Source: Eledone cirrhosa | Taxonomy: Eukaryota | Assembly (NCBI GenBank): GCA_964016885.1 | Contig: OZ024743.1 | Span: 169,694,001-169,758,000 of the forward strand | Direction: 5' to 3' | DNA: 64,000 bases | Shown: one piece after another, positions 12,601-25,130 of the stretch | How the letters are laid out: each line of letters begins with the position of its first letter | How positions within the stretch are numbered: position 1 is the stretch's first letter | Notes under the pieces: model-generated | The model's database searches: none | Seen by the model: only the letters and a program-made list of their open reading frames with translations | Told to the model about the DNA's origin: nothing | Program-made: the position numbers and the translations under genes

Positions 12601-14501
12601 AGCGCATGATGTTGAATGGTTCCGAAAGGTGACCGTTCACTCTCACCACAGAGCAGATGTCGTTGTGCATGGCAGCGATCCAGCCTCTGAAGACAGGCCC
12701 AAAGCCAGCCGCCCTCGGGACTGCCGCCAGATCACGATGGTCGACCCTATTGAAAGCTTTCGACTGATCTAAATTGATCAAGGACCCACCCGTGCCAGGA
12801 TCCATAGCTACCCTTTCCACGGTGTATCGCATGAGGTGGAGGTTGTCGTGGATGGATCTGTCGAGAATGGCGCATGTCTGCGCCTCTCCCACCAGACCAC
12901 CAACCACAAGCGCCAACCTCTTTGCTAGCACCTTGGCCAAAATCTTGAACTGTGTGTTTAGCAGAGTTTGGGGCCTGAAATTATCGATGTTATCCCCCTT
13001 GTTCGGATCCTTTCTCAGCAGCGCCACCGCTCCTCGGCTCACAGAGCTGGAAATTCTCCCGTTCTGTTGCCAGTTGCAGTAGACGTCCGCCAAAAGGCCT
13101 CCGAACAAGTCTGGCATCTGTACGTAAAGTTCATAGGGCAGACCATCTAAACCTGGCGATTTACCCCTTGTGCAGCCAGTCATTGCATCCCGTACTTCAG
13201 CTGCTGTTATCGGCTTTTCGCAATATTCCGCCTCAGTGGCCGAGAGCCCCGGTAGTCCGTCGATCAGGCCCGCCGCTGCCCCCGACCAGCTGAGCGAAGT
13301 GTCGCTGAAAAGCTTCACATATTTTCCCGGGTTCGAGTAGCATGCGCCCGTCGTGAGCCACCAAAAACCGGATCGTGGCTTTGTTGCCACGGCGTGTTTC
13401 CGGCACTCGGGCCCATTGAACGGCTTTCGTTCCCTCGTGTCTGAGAGCACGCACCCTAGCTCTGACAACGCAGTCTTCGTGCTTTGCATTGAAGAATTGG
13501 TCAAGGGCCAATTTCACCGCAAGTACGTCGGTCGCGATGCCTTTGGTAAGCGCCTCGTCTAATTTTCTAACTAGTTCTCCCTCTGCTACATATTTCTCTA
13601 TTGCTAAAGCCTTATTAAACCTAATGGACTCCATTCTAATCGCTCTTTTCAGAGCAAACCACCACTTGTTGTTCACAATGGCCCCCGTCAACGCCCGCTT
13701 AACTAGTTCGCCAATCCTGTCTCTGTATGCCTTGCGTGCTGTTAATGACGCGTTTAGCTTCCAGTAGCCGGGTCCTTGTCTATGAAGCCTATCTAAATCA
13801 ACGACACAGTTCACGAATTTGTGGTCCGTGTAGCTGACTGTCTTGAATTGTGGACAGCCTATGCTAGACCTATCTATTTCCCTAAAAGATATTCTATCTA
13901 GGTATGATCTGGATGACCCTATGCGATTTGTCCAAGTCCACATTGGCACATTCGGGAAATCCAATCGGTACCTTTCAGACAGTTGAAAACGCCTAAGCAG
14001 GTTGGTGAGGCTCTTGCACCCTCCTCCCCTCTCCGCTAATCCTACACTGTCCCAGCGTGCATCTAAGATACCGTTCCAGTCGCCCACTAACACTAAAGAG
14101 CGGGACGTTCCAAGAAAGGTCTCCAGACGCCGGAAGAAATCAGGCCGCCCTACTCCTGTCGGGGCATAGACGGCCACTAACCTGAAAGCTTGCCCGTCTC
14201 CGCTGGTCACGTCCAGCACCACCAACTTACCTTCTGGGTCCAGGAAGATGGCCCGTATGGCGAGATCCAAACCTCTCCGAAAAAGCACAGCAACTCCACC
14301 CCCCGATCCAGGATGGCTGGGAGATGCGTACACATCGTAGCCACCGAAGATCGATGCGAAGGCCCGTGCTTCGGAGATTCTGGTCTCGCTGATGGCCAGC
14401 ACATCTATGTTTAGTGACCTGAGGTCGTTGAGCAGGTGGCCCTGCTTCCATGACGACCCCAAGCCACGCGCATTTATGCTGCCTATTCTGAGTGAAGTCA
14501 T
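9654..14501 (-). pseudogene. Tx1-like ORF2 (APE-RT-CCHC), frameshifted, RT duplicated
   Basis: SINARG, AISETR, LVGDWN, YLDR, YTDH; KSPGLDG, AFDRVDH, RQGCPLS, YADD; CPRCAQGDETVLHALVQC. Confidence 0.92.
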
Positions 14502-14535
14502 GTTGAAAAGGAGTGGAAAAGATGGGAAAGACCAC

Positions 14536-16475
14536 TTACCTTACTTCTCGTAGGGAAAGATGGTTTCCCCATCCTTCTCACTGCTTATGGTCTCCTCCGG
14601 AAGGATGTCCTTATAATCCTCCTGGAGAGTGCTTGTCGGAAGTCTCCGATGTCCTTGGGGAATTTTTGTTTTAGTGTCGTGTACGTTTTCTGTGTGATGC
14701 GAGTGATTTGTATGTGTGGAGGTTGTGTGAATTTTTGGGGTGTTGTGTAGTCTTTTTCTGTGATGCTGGTGTTGTATTGGATGTAGTGTAATAATTGGTT
14801 GTTGTTCAAATTTAATGCTGTGTTGTGTGCATCGTTTTGGTTGGTTGTGTTTTGTTTGCGTTTGTTGTGGGTTTGTTTCTTTTTTGCTTTTTTATGACTT
14901 TTGTGGTGTTGGTGATGGTGGTGTTGGGGTTAATGATGGTGATGGTGTTGGTGGTGATGGGGTTGGTGATGCTGGTATGGATGGTGGCATAGCTGTCCTA
15001 ACTTTTTTGTTTGTTAGTTTATTGGTTTCCCCCTGTATTTTGTTTTTTGAGGGGGAAGGAAGAGGATTTTTTTCTTTTTTGGCTTCTTTTTCTTTTTTTA
15101 TTTTTTCCTGATACAGTTTTCCACTCCTCGTCGTCACAATCTGTCTCCAGTTGCGATAGGTCGGGGAGTGGAAAATCCTCCACAAGCGTTGGTTTTGGTT
15201 GTGGCGTGGTGGATGGTGGAGGCGCTGGTGCTAATTCTGGCGCGGTGGTGGTGGTGGTGTTGGTTTTGCTAATGTTGCTGGGAATGTTGCTGCTACAGTT
15301 GCTTCTGTTGTTGCTGCTACAGTTGTTGCTGACATTTCTGCTGCTGGTGGTGTTGATGGTTGAGTCACTGGGGTGGGTAAGAGAGGTGGCCTCAACTTTT
15401 TAGCCTGAGGGCAGAAAGCCTTTAGGTTGTTTCCTTCACCACAAACGACACACCTAGGCCACGATTACCGTGGGGTGGCAGTCGTCAGTGAGGTCTATTA
15501 CCTCTGGGATTTCATCCCAGATCCGGACTAGTTCTCCTGCTTTTCTTTTGTTATTTCAATTATTTTCGTGTTGGCCTCGATGCCGGCGAGGACGGGAGCC
15601 ATTAGCCAGGGAATTTCGATGGCCGGTGGAACGTGGGTCACCCTGATCTTCACGAGTTTCTGAGCACAATAGCTTGGAACGAGTGTGAAGTCGTCGCTTC
15701 TTAATGGGACAATGGAGTGCTCTCTGGCTTCCTGTCGTGTTCCAAAGAACACGTCCATGGTTCCATATTTCTGCACACGTCTGATGTGGGTTTTTGTCGC
15801 CCACATATGTCCCAAAGCTTTTTGTGTTTGGGACTCGGATGCCCATTCCACTCGGCTTGATTTTGTGTTTATCGTCCGATAAGACACGGTGCATAGACGC
15901 CGTTGCTCCATTTTATTAGGTGTGTGTGTGGGGGGGGGGCTGACCCTGTACCCATCTCTTTTTACTATTCTCTTGGCTTCATTTAATTTATCCTGGCTAA
16001 CCTCGATTGTTTCGCTTTTCTTGGCTGCTTTGGCAAACGACACATTTTGTTTCGCGGCGGTGTTGATGTTGTTATTCTCATTGTTGTTGTTGTTGCTGTT
16101 GTTTTCATTGTTATTTTTAGTTTCAGATGTGGTGGAGGTGGTGTCAGTGGTGCTCGGCGTGGAAGAGTCGATTCTGGCTGAATCCATTTCACCGCCACGA
16201 GATAATAATTTTTTTTTTTTTAGGTTTCGTTGTTGCTGTGCTATCAGTGTTGTTCGTTGTTCTTTTTGACATTGTGGTGGTGGGGGTGGCGGCTTTAATA
16301 CCTGCAGTTATTGGTAATGGCGGGAAATCCAAGTCTTTATGCGGCAATTCTAAATAATTCAGACTGCAATTAATTATATTTTCAGTGTTGGGAACCGTAT
16401 CAAGGCTTACAATGACATTGGTGTTGGTGGAGGGGGGGGGGGGGGGCTGTTGAAAACAGTAAATTTGTCGTCCAT
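14536..16475 (-). pseudogene. Tx1-like ORF1 (low-complexity N-terminus, RRM-like region, zinc knuckle, conserved C-terminal block)
   Basis: SFAKAAK, CTVSYRTI, KYGTMDVFF, RCVVCGEG, KQKFPKDIGDFR. Confidence 0.8.
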
Positions 16476-16688
16476 GTTTCTTTTCAAAGAAATATTTTGT
16501 TTGATAAGTAAAAAGTTAAAGTTTTGGGCTCAAGGTCCCAATATTTTTTGTGTCCTTTTCAGAAAGCAATATATGTGAACTTATAAACACTTAACAACAA
16601 AAATTTTCCAGAACGGTTAATTTGAAACAACTGAAAACAACAAACCTTTGCGGAGCTCACGATAATACGATTTCCTACGTAGGTCGTC

Positions 16689-16775
<87 letters not shown>
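16689..16775. repeat. compound microsatellite (AAT)11(AAG)18
   Basis: Direct reading. Confidence 0.97.
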
Positions 16776-16776
<1 letters not shown>

Positions 16777-18555
16777 GGTAACACGAAATGATTATCCCTT
16801 GGCGGTTAAGGATAAAACGCGACAAAATAAAGTAAATGTCAAATGATAAAATTTCTGACCGGATCGGCCGTCACCCGGGTCAAAAAGGGCCGCATCCCTC
16901 AGAGAGGAACCAGATTGGTCGAAAATTCAGCTAATGGTTCAAACCTTCCCATCACTTCGGAGCTGGAGACCTCCCATAACCGGAATACTCCTACTGTTGG
17001 CCCACCATGCTCACCACCAAGAAATCCAAAGAAAAAGAGAGAAAAATGGTCAAGGGAAGACAATAAAGAAGTCCTTGAGGTTTTCTACACTGCCATGTAC
17101 TACCCATCAAATAGATCGAATACAGAACAGACATATATCAACTGGAAAAAGAAACATCCCGAAAACCGAGGCTATATTGACAGTAACAAACTAGCCAAAA
17201 TATGAAGAAATATTGTTAAAAAAAGTTACTAACTGATATAGAAATTGATCAAATCAAGCTATTAGCACAAAGTCAGCGAAGGGAAAATGAAACGTGTCAG
17301 TGAAAACTAGATAAATTGTAACACTTCGAATCCCAGGGTTGGGGCGGAACCACTGACAACAGAACAAATTAAAGAAAGGATCGAAAAAGTGGAGGGAGTG
17401 CATGCTCAAGATGAAACTCAAAATGAAAACAATGAGATCGTAAATGATAAAGAAATGAATGAGAATGAACTTACCAACTTGAAGGATGAAATTATGATCG
17501 AATGGATGAAAATGAAAGAAACTGACATGGGGGAACGAGACACTCTCCCTAAGATCCAGAACCAAAAGATAATACACAAGACTAACATAATTCTCAAAAA
17601 CATCATCACAAACAAACTAAACATTACTGATTTAAATCATCTCTATTCTGCATCGGATAAAGTCACCACTCACTTATGTGGAGTGAAAATGAAAAAACAA
17701 AGGAATTCCCACAAGAAATCTACTTGGCAAGAGAACATCAATCGCCAAATAAACCTTCTCAGATCTGATATAGAAATTTTAATAAACTACAAAGTAGGTG
17801 AGCATGTTAAACAAACTAAACTTAGAAAATTGAAAAGAAAATACAGTATAAAATCAATAAATGACATAGACATGCTGATAGAAATAATCAAGCAAAAAGT
17901 GTCGACCAAAGCTGCTCGTATAAGGCGCTTTGAAAAACGATCTAGATTCTATAAGGACAATAATATGTTCAAAAACAACCAAAGAAACTTCTACAGAAAA
18001 ATTGGCAAGTCAACAATAACTGCTAAATCAATATCACCCAAGGAGGAAGTGCAAGAATTTTGGGAAAAGATCTGGGCTGAAGAAAAAGTTCATAATATAC
18101 ATGCCCCATGAATAGACAGACAAATGAAAGATACAGCTCACCTTGAGGAACAAATATGGGGAAATATAACAGTTGAACAGTTGCGTTTGGCTCTTAGAAA
18201 AACCAGCAAATGGAAATCCCCAGGAAAAGACAAAATACCAAATTTTTAAATACCTTCACAGTCTCATGAGCTGTTAGCCCAACTTTACAATGAAATAGTT
18301 AAGGAGCCAGAAAAGATACCATCATGGCTAGTTAACGGCATTACATCCCTGCTTCCGAAGAATGATGAGACAAACAATCCCCAAAATTACAGACCGATAA
18401 CTTGCTTGACCACAATGTATAAAATTTTAACATCAGTCCTAACTGAATATACATATGACCACCTGATAACAAATGATCTATTTCCCAATGAGCAGAAAGG
18501 GTGTAAACGAGGCTCATTTGGCTGTAAGGAGCAGCTTTTGTTTAACAAAATGATA
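16776..18555 (+). mobile_element. R4/Dong-like RLE-type LINE, 5' portion (3' part deleted)
   Basis: ORF from 16843 with stops: KWSREDN, KQKVSTKAARIRRFEKR, EFWEKIW, WKSPGKDKIPNF, NYRPITCL, EQKGCKRGSFGCKEQLL. Confidence 0.85.
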
Positions 18556-19094
18556 CGCGGCCAGCCAAGAAGGGGCCATCCCGGGGGGGGGGGGGGGTCA
18601 GTTTGACTCTCACAATTTTTTGCCCGCAGTAGGAGGGCACCAACACCATTTCCTCGCTCCTTAGGGTTACTAAAGATTGAGCCTTTGCCTCCTGGGGTGT
18701 GGCAAAAAGCACGTCCACGGTGGCATATTTCTTGCTTCGGGTGATATGCGTTTTCTGCTTTTTGTATTTGAGCCTCTGTGGCTCTTTCAACCCTATGTGA
18801 TTTTGTGCTTACTGTACGGTACGTGACCGTACAGTGCTGTTGGGTTTGCGAAAAATTCTTCGGCTGCCTTGCAGATTGTTCGGTGTCCGGTTTTCGGCAC
18901 CATCTTCCTTGCTTCCTGTAATTCCTCATTTGTTCTCAGGATGGTTTCCAGGTTCTTTGCGATACCTGCAAACGAAATTGGTTTTTCTTTCTTGTTGTTG
19001 TTGTCGTCAGAGCTGCAGTTACTTTTGTTGTTGCTGCTGGTACTACGACCGCCGCTGCCGCTGTTGCTGTGGTTGTTGTTGTTGTTGTTGTTGT

Positions 19095-19152
<58 letters not shown>

Positions 19153-19750
19153 TATGCTGCTGCTGATGTTGTTGCGGCTGCTACTAGTATTTTCCTCGCC
19201 ACTGTTGCTGCTGCTGCTGTTATTACGGTTGCTGCTGCTATTCTTCATGACGTCAGACGAATGAAATGGCTTTCCGTATTTACCGCACACATCTTTCGTC
19301 GTCGTCGTGGAGAAATGTTCCACGGTATGCGCGTTCTCTTGATGAAGAACGCTACGATAAACTACATTTTTCTTTTTCTTTAATTGCGTCGCTTGCGAAA
19401 GAGGCGACAGAGGCGACACCACATTTAGAGAAAGGGGGGAGAGAGACAATCTTTTCTCTGACGTAATGACGATTGGGGAAGAAGAAGAAAGAAGGAGTGG
19501 GAGTGACTTGTGAAAATTCTTTTTTGTAGCCATGTTTTTTTTACGGTTTAAAATGAATATTGGGCACAAATCCCCAATAACTGGTTATTTAACCCCCGAA
19601 GGGCCAAATAACGGGCAGAAAGACCCCTCTCACGAGGAGGAAGGTGACTTTATCTACAATTTGGTTCAAGTTTTAAACAATTTACAATTGTTATAACGGT
19701 TAAAAGTTACAATACCTTACAGAGCCGAGCCTCCGTCAACCATGGCATTC
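18556..19750 (-). mobile_element. Tx1-like LINE copy C (5'UTR plus N-terminal half of ORF1), distinct family
   Basis: ORF1 ATG at 19533; SFAGIAKN, CTVTYRTVS, KKYATVDVLF, LVPSYCGQK. Conserved 5'UTR hairpin; abuts (AAT)18. Confidence 0.82.
18990..19240. repeat. (CAA/CAG)n coding microsatellite in ORF1 (poly-N/S)
   Basis: Direct reading. Confidence 0.9.

Positions 19751-19804
<54 letters not shown>
19751..19804. repeat. (AAT)18
   Basis: Direct reading. Confidence 0.98.
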
Positions 19805-19805
<1 letters not shown>

Positions 19806-22800
19806 GTTTCTTTATTGGCCACAAGGGCTAACACGAAGAAAAACGTTAGAGATTGCACAGAACAGTACAGGACGATACAAAGCGGGTTTTGGTCGTGTAA
19901 ACAGGTTATAACAAAATTAGGCTAGAAATCAAAAAAATTCAAATAACAAAAATTCCCCCAAAAGGGGAAAAACACACAGAAAGGCCACGGCCACCCTGAC
20001 CAGCAGGGCAACGCCCTCTCTCAGTTCTCCCACTCCTCAGTCTAGAGGCGCATACTCAGAGCGGGCCCGTTCAATCGGACCAGACTCGCCACTTTCACCC
20101 ACCTTTCAACAAACTTACTGGAAGACAGCACTTGCCTCTCCACCCTGATTTTCCTCTTCCAGTGAAACTTGAAAAAGTTAATCAGGGATTCGCCAAAGAG
20201 GAAAGTGTCCGACTTTAACTCTTTCAACCTTGTCCACCACACAATCTCTTTCGCCATGGCCACCAGGCAGATGAAAACTGCCTGCCCTTCCTCCTCCTTA
20301 AAGGAGGACGGCGGGGCTATCTGCGCAATGGACTCAGTCGAAAACCGGATCCGTCCTACACGCGACAGCAGCTGTTCGACATAGTTCCACAAGTCAGCAA
20401 TGCTCGGGCACTGAATGAGTGCGTGCACAGCGGTTTCGTTGCCCTGCGCACATCTCGGACAGGCTCAGCTGACAGCACCTCCGTGCCTGTAGAGCTTATC
20501 CCAACCCGGCAACGCTCCCCGGTAGCACTGCCAGGCCAGGGATTTCTGGAAGTTGTCCATAGGCACCAGGCTGAAAATTCTCTTGAAAAGAACGAACAGC
20601 TGATCGTCTTCGACGCCCATGGTCTTCCCGAGAACGTTGTCGCTCTTTCCCTCCACTAGCCCTCTATTTAACGCCGAGGTGGATGTTCCACCGATACTAG
20701 TGCCCAGCTGGTAGAGGGCGGTGAGCACTTGGAGACATTCCAGCTTCCAAGGTCTATCCCTTGGTCTTTTCCTGTTCCAGGACTGCAGCTCCGTCAAGGA
20801 GACGAGCATGGGGAAAGCGTGTCTGGCAAACGGCGTCCTCAGCTGTTCACCGTCAAGGAAGCACCAGAGATGTCGCAGCCTCAGCTCATGTTTGTGCATC
20901 ATCAGCCACGGCATGCCTAGTCCTCCACGCAACGGGTGTTGACAGCAAATGGACCGTCTGACCATGGGAGCACGTCCCTTCCACAAAAAGCGGACGAGAA
21001 GGCGCTCCATTTGGGTCAGAGTTGGGCGGGGGGTAAGGTACAACGGTCAGGCCGACGCTATGTACGCATTCGCCACCTCCACCCGACCTTTCAGAGACAG
21101 CCTCCTCTCGGCCCATTTCTGTGTGAGAGAGGCCAACCTGCTCGTCACCTCGCTCCAGTTTTTCTCCCTCTGGAGGTCCGGACTGAACCAGATCCCGAGC
21201 AATTTAACCGGTCCTTCTGTCCACCGCCCACGACGCTGTCTGACGGCATGGGCTGCCTCTCCAGGTGCCGAGTTGCAAGCCCACCGACTTTTCCTGGTTT
21301 ATATTTGCTACTGTCACCGCTTCGTATTCCTTGAGAGCGGTGCCGAGTATCTGGACGTGTTTGGTGCTCGACACCACCACGGTGACGTCGTCGGCGTAAG
21401 CTGACACGGATCTTCTGCATCCCAGTTCGCGTGGGATCCCTCTCAGCGTCTCCAATTTGTGAAGTAACGGTTCAAGGGCCAGTACGTACAAGAGGGACGA
21501 GCGCATGATGCTGAGAGGCTGCGACAGGTGAGTCTGGTCCGATTGAACGGGCCCGCTCTGAGTATGAGTCTGAAGTTGACTATAACGTCCCCCTTGTTCG
21601 GGTCTTTTCTCAGCAGCGCCACGGCTCACAAAACTGGGAATGCTCCCGTTCTGCTGCCAGTTGCAGTAGACGTCTGCCAAGAGGTCGCCGAACAAGTCTG
21701 GCATGTACGCATAAAGCTCGTAGGGCAGACCATCCAAACCTGGCGAATTACCCCTCGTGCAGTCAGACATCGCTTCCCGTATTTCACCTGCTGTTATCGG
21801 CTTTTCGCAGCACTGCGCTGCGGTCGTCGAGAACCGCGGCAGTCCATCGAGGTATGCACAGAAGTCCATACTCCGACCGGCCCGCCGCCGCTCCCAGACA
21901 ATTGAGCAAACTGCTGTTGAAAAGCCGCACACATCTGCTCGGGTTCGAGCATCATGCGCCCGTTTTGATCAAGCAAAGACCGAATTGTGGACTTGTTGAC
22001 AACGCAGCCTTCATGCTTTGCGTTGAAGAATTGGTCGAGTGCCAATCTCGCCGCAAGCACGTCGGTTACGATGCCTGTCCTAAACGCATCTTCTAGCTTT
22101 CTAACTAACTCTCCCGCTACTTTATTTTCCTCTATCACTACTCCTTTGCTAAACCTTATCGATTCTACTCTAATAGCCCTTTTCAGGGTAAACCAGCACT
22201 TGTTGTTGACGAACGCACCCGTCAACGCACGCTTAACTAATTCGCTAATCCGGTCTCTGTAAGCTTTGCGCGCCGGGAACGACGCGTTCAGCTTCCAGTA
22301 GCCGGACCCTTGCCTATGAAGTCTATCTAAGTCAACTTCACAGATCATAAATTTGTGGTCCGTTTAGTCGACTACTTTAAATTGTGAACAACCTACACTA
22401 GCCTTATCTGTTTTCCTAAATACGATCTAGATGACCCGATGTGGTTTGCCCATGACCACATTGGCACATTCGGATAATCCACTCTATACCTGTCAGAGAG
22501 TTCAAAACGTCTGAGCAGGTTGTTGAGGCTTTTAAACCCTCCTGCTCTGTCTACTAGCCCCACATAATCCCAGCGGGCATCTAAGATACCGTTCCAGTCG
22601 CCCACTAACACCAAAGAGCGGCACGTTCCAAGAAAGTTCTCTGGACGTTTGAAGAAATCTGGCCGTCCTGTCCTGTTGGGGCGTAGACGGCTAATAGCCT
22701 GAAAGCATTGGCTTCACTGCCGGTCACGTCCAGCACCACCGACTTACCTTCTGGTTACAGGAAGATGGCCCGTATGGCGAGATCCAAACCTCTCCGAAAA

Positions 22801-25112
22801 AAGCACGGCAACTCCTCCCCCTCGATCCTGGACGGGTGGGAGATGCGTATACATCGTAGCCGCCGAAGATCGGTGCGAAGGCTCGTGCTTCAGACATTCT
22901 GGTCTCGCTGATGGCCATCACATCTATGTTTATTGAGCTGAGGTCGTTGAGCAGGTGATCCTGCTTCCAAGATGACCCCAGGCCACGTACATTTATACTG
23001 CCTATTCTAAGTACGGCCATGTTGGATGAGAAACGGGGTAAGTGAGAAAGGATCACTTATCTTGATCCTCTGGTGAAGGGACAGTAGAACCGTCCCTTCG
23101 GCTGGTCATGGGTAGTTCCAAGAGGATGTCGGTGTATATCCTCTTGGTAACCGACCCTCTGAAGTCTCCCAGTGCGTTGGGGAATTTTTGTTTTAGAAGT
23201 TTGTACTGTTCTATTTTGATTTCAATGATGTTTCAGTTTTTTCTGGATAGTTCTTTGTGTTGGTGGGGTGTAGTAATTTTTTTCTGTCATGTCTGTGTAC
23301 TGCTTTATATGTTGTTATGTTGTAAGAGTTCTTTATTTGGCATGTTTATGGCTGTGTACTTTTGGGGGGAGGGGTGATTTTGTTGCTGTTTTCTTCTTGT
23401 TGCTGTTGGGTGTGTGTGTTCTGTTGTGTTTGCGATGTTGGTGTTTTTGGTGATGGTGGTGGTGTTGCTGCAAGTCTCCTTGCAGCCTTTACCCCTCTTT
23501 GTTTGCCTTCGCTTTTGGAAGGTGGTGAAGCTAAGGGTTTTTTCTTTTTTCATTTTTGTGACAGACCGTTTGCCACTTCCCTCCCGCCTCATACTCCATG
23601 TCGGATTCCGTGGTGTCTGGGAGGGGTATGGGCTCCACTGCTGTTGGTGGTAGTAGTGGAGCCCGCTCCGGCGATTTTGCCGCCGGTGTAGCAACTGGGA
23701 CTGTTGGTGTTGCCACCACTGCTGCCGCTGCTTTAGTTGTCCGTGGCCTTGGTATGGGTGCCACGGATGTTGCCCTCCTACTCACCATGGAGAAGTTTTC
23801 TTCCCCTGTTGCCTGCCCTGCTCTTGGTAGCAGCGGATCAGCCGTCGGGAGGAGGGGGGGCCTCTTCTTGGCTGTCTTCTGCGAGCAGAAGTCTCTGAGG
23901 TGACCCTTCTGCCCACAGAGATAGCACTTTAGGCCCCTTCCTTCCACGCTTATAGGGAGTTGGAGTCCTTCCTCGAGGTCTATGATGTCTGGGATGGCCT
24001 CGCTGCATTCCTGGTAAATTTTTATTAGCATTTGCATGCCTATTCCTGACCAGTTCTCTCTTCCCATTCTCTGTATTTGCAGTATGGTGGTCTTCACCTC
24101 GATTCCAGCAAGTACAGATGCGACCAGCCAACGTATGGGCACGTCGGGTAGAACCTGGGTCACTTTGACCCTCACAGTGTTTTTCCCACAGTAGGAGGGC
24201 ACCAAGACTATCTCCTCACTCTTTAGGGTTTCCAAAGAGTGAGACTTCGCCTCTTCAGGGTGGCGAAAAGTACGTGTACTGTGGCGTACTTTTTGCCTCG
24301 GGTTATGTGTGCTTTGCGCGCTTAGACGCATCCCAAGGCCTCTGGATTTGAGCCTCCGTGGCTTTCTCCACCCGATGTGACATTTTGCTTACGGTGCGGT
24401 AAGTCTCCGTGCGCAGCTGCTGGTCTTTGAAGAAATCGGGTGGAGGTTCCAGGGAAACTCTATTGTCATTTCTTGACACCATGGCTCTTGCGACTGCCAT
24501 CTCCTCCTCCGTGACTAGCACTGACTCTATATTTCGGGCCACACCAGCGAAAGAAGTGGCCTCATTTTCAGCGGCACCATTATTGCTGCCGCTACTGCTG
24601 CTACTGGTCTTGTTATTGGTGCTGTTGCTGTTGCTACTGCTACAAACGATGTTGTTGCTGTTGTTGTGTCTTTGGTGCCACCGTTGTTGTTTTCGGTGCA
24701 ATTTGTATTATTGCTGTTAGTGTTGTTGCTGTTATTGTTGTAGTCTGTGTGGTAATTTTTTTTAAATTAGTGTTCTCAGTGTTTGTTGTCTTTGTTCACG
24801 TTGTTTGTGGTGGTGTTTGTTGTATCAATTTCTGTAACCCTCCTCTCAAATTTTACGTCGTTGTCACACGACAGCAGACATATTGTTCGGGGGAGTGGCT
24901 CAGCCATGATTTTTTTATTTTTAAAAGTAAAATGTTCAAATATTGATCAAATATTTGGGCCAAAAGGCCCAAATATTATACTTCCCCGTTCACAGGGCTA
25001 AGTCGAAGGGCTTATATCCCTTACACAACAAGAAAAATTTAACAACAAATAATTATAACTGGTAAATAACGCGACTTACTGGGAGCGAGCCAAAAAGACG
25101 TCCGAACAGGCC
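19805..25112 (-). mobile_element. Tx1-like LINE copy D, full length, decayed
   Basis: ORF1 24907-23057 (MAEP..., CYLCGQKGHLRDFC). ORF2 23020-20042 (MAVLRIGSINVRG, GDWN, YADD). 3' end GCCCTTGTGGCCAATAAAGAAACC(ATT)n. Confidence 0.92.
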
Positions 25113-25130
25113 AATAATAATAATGATAAT
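25113..25130. repeat. short (AAT)n spacer between copies D and E
   Basis: AATAATAATAATGATAAT. Confidence 0.9.

Larger units (their letters stand above)
9434..16688 (-). mobile_element. Tx1-like LINE copy B, full length, with internal ~1.5-kb tandem duplication
   Basis: ORF1 16475-14536, ORF2 14501-9654, 3'UTR with AATAAA then (ATT)n. Flanked by (AAT)n on both sides. Confidence 0.92.

Noticed and set aside
18834-19383. Poly-Cys, poly-Leu and poly-Val ORFs (also 8684-9202, 9380-9652, 16559-16825, 43660-43863)
   Set aside because: Antisense or off-frame translations of triplet microsatellites.
24955-24972. Histone 3' stem-loop
   Set aside because: The stem with a UUUU loop resembles it but lacks the GGYYCU-UUUC-AGRRCC consensus and lies in a 5'UTR.
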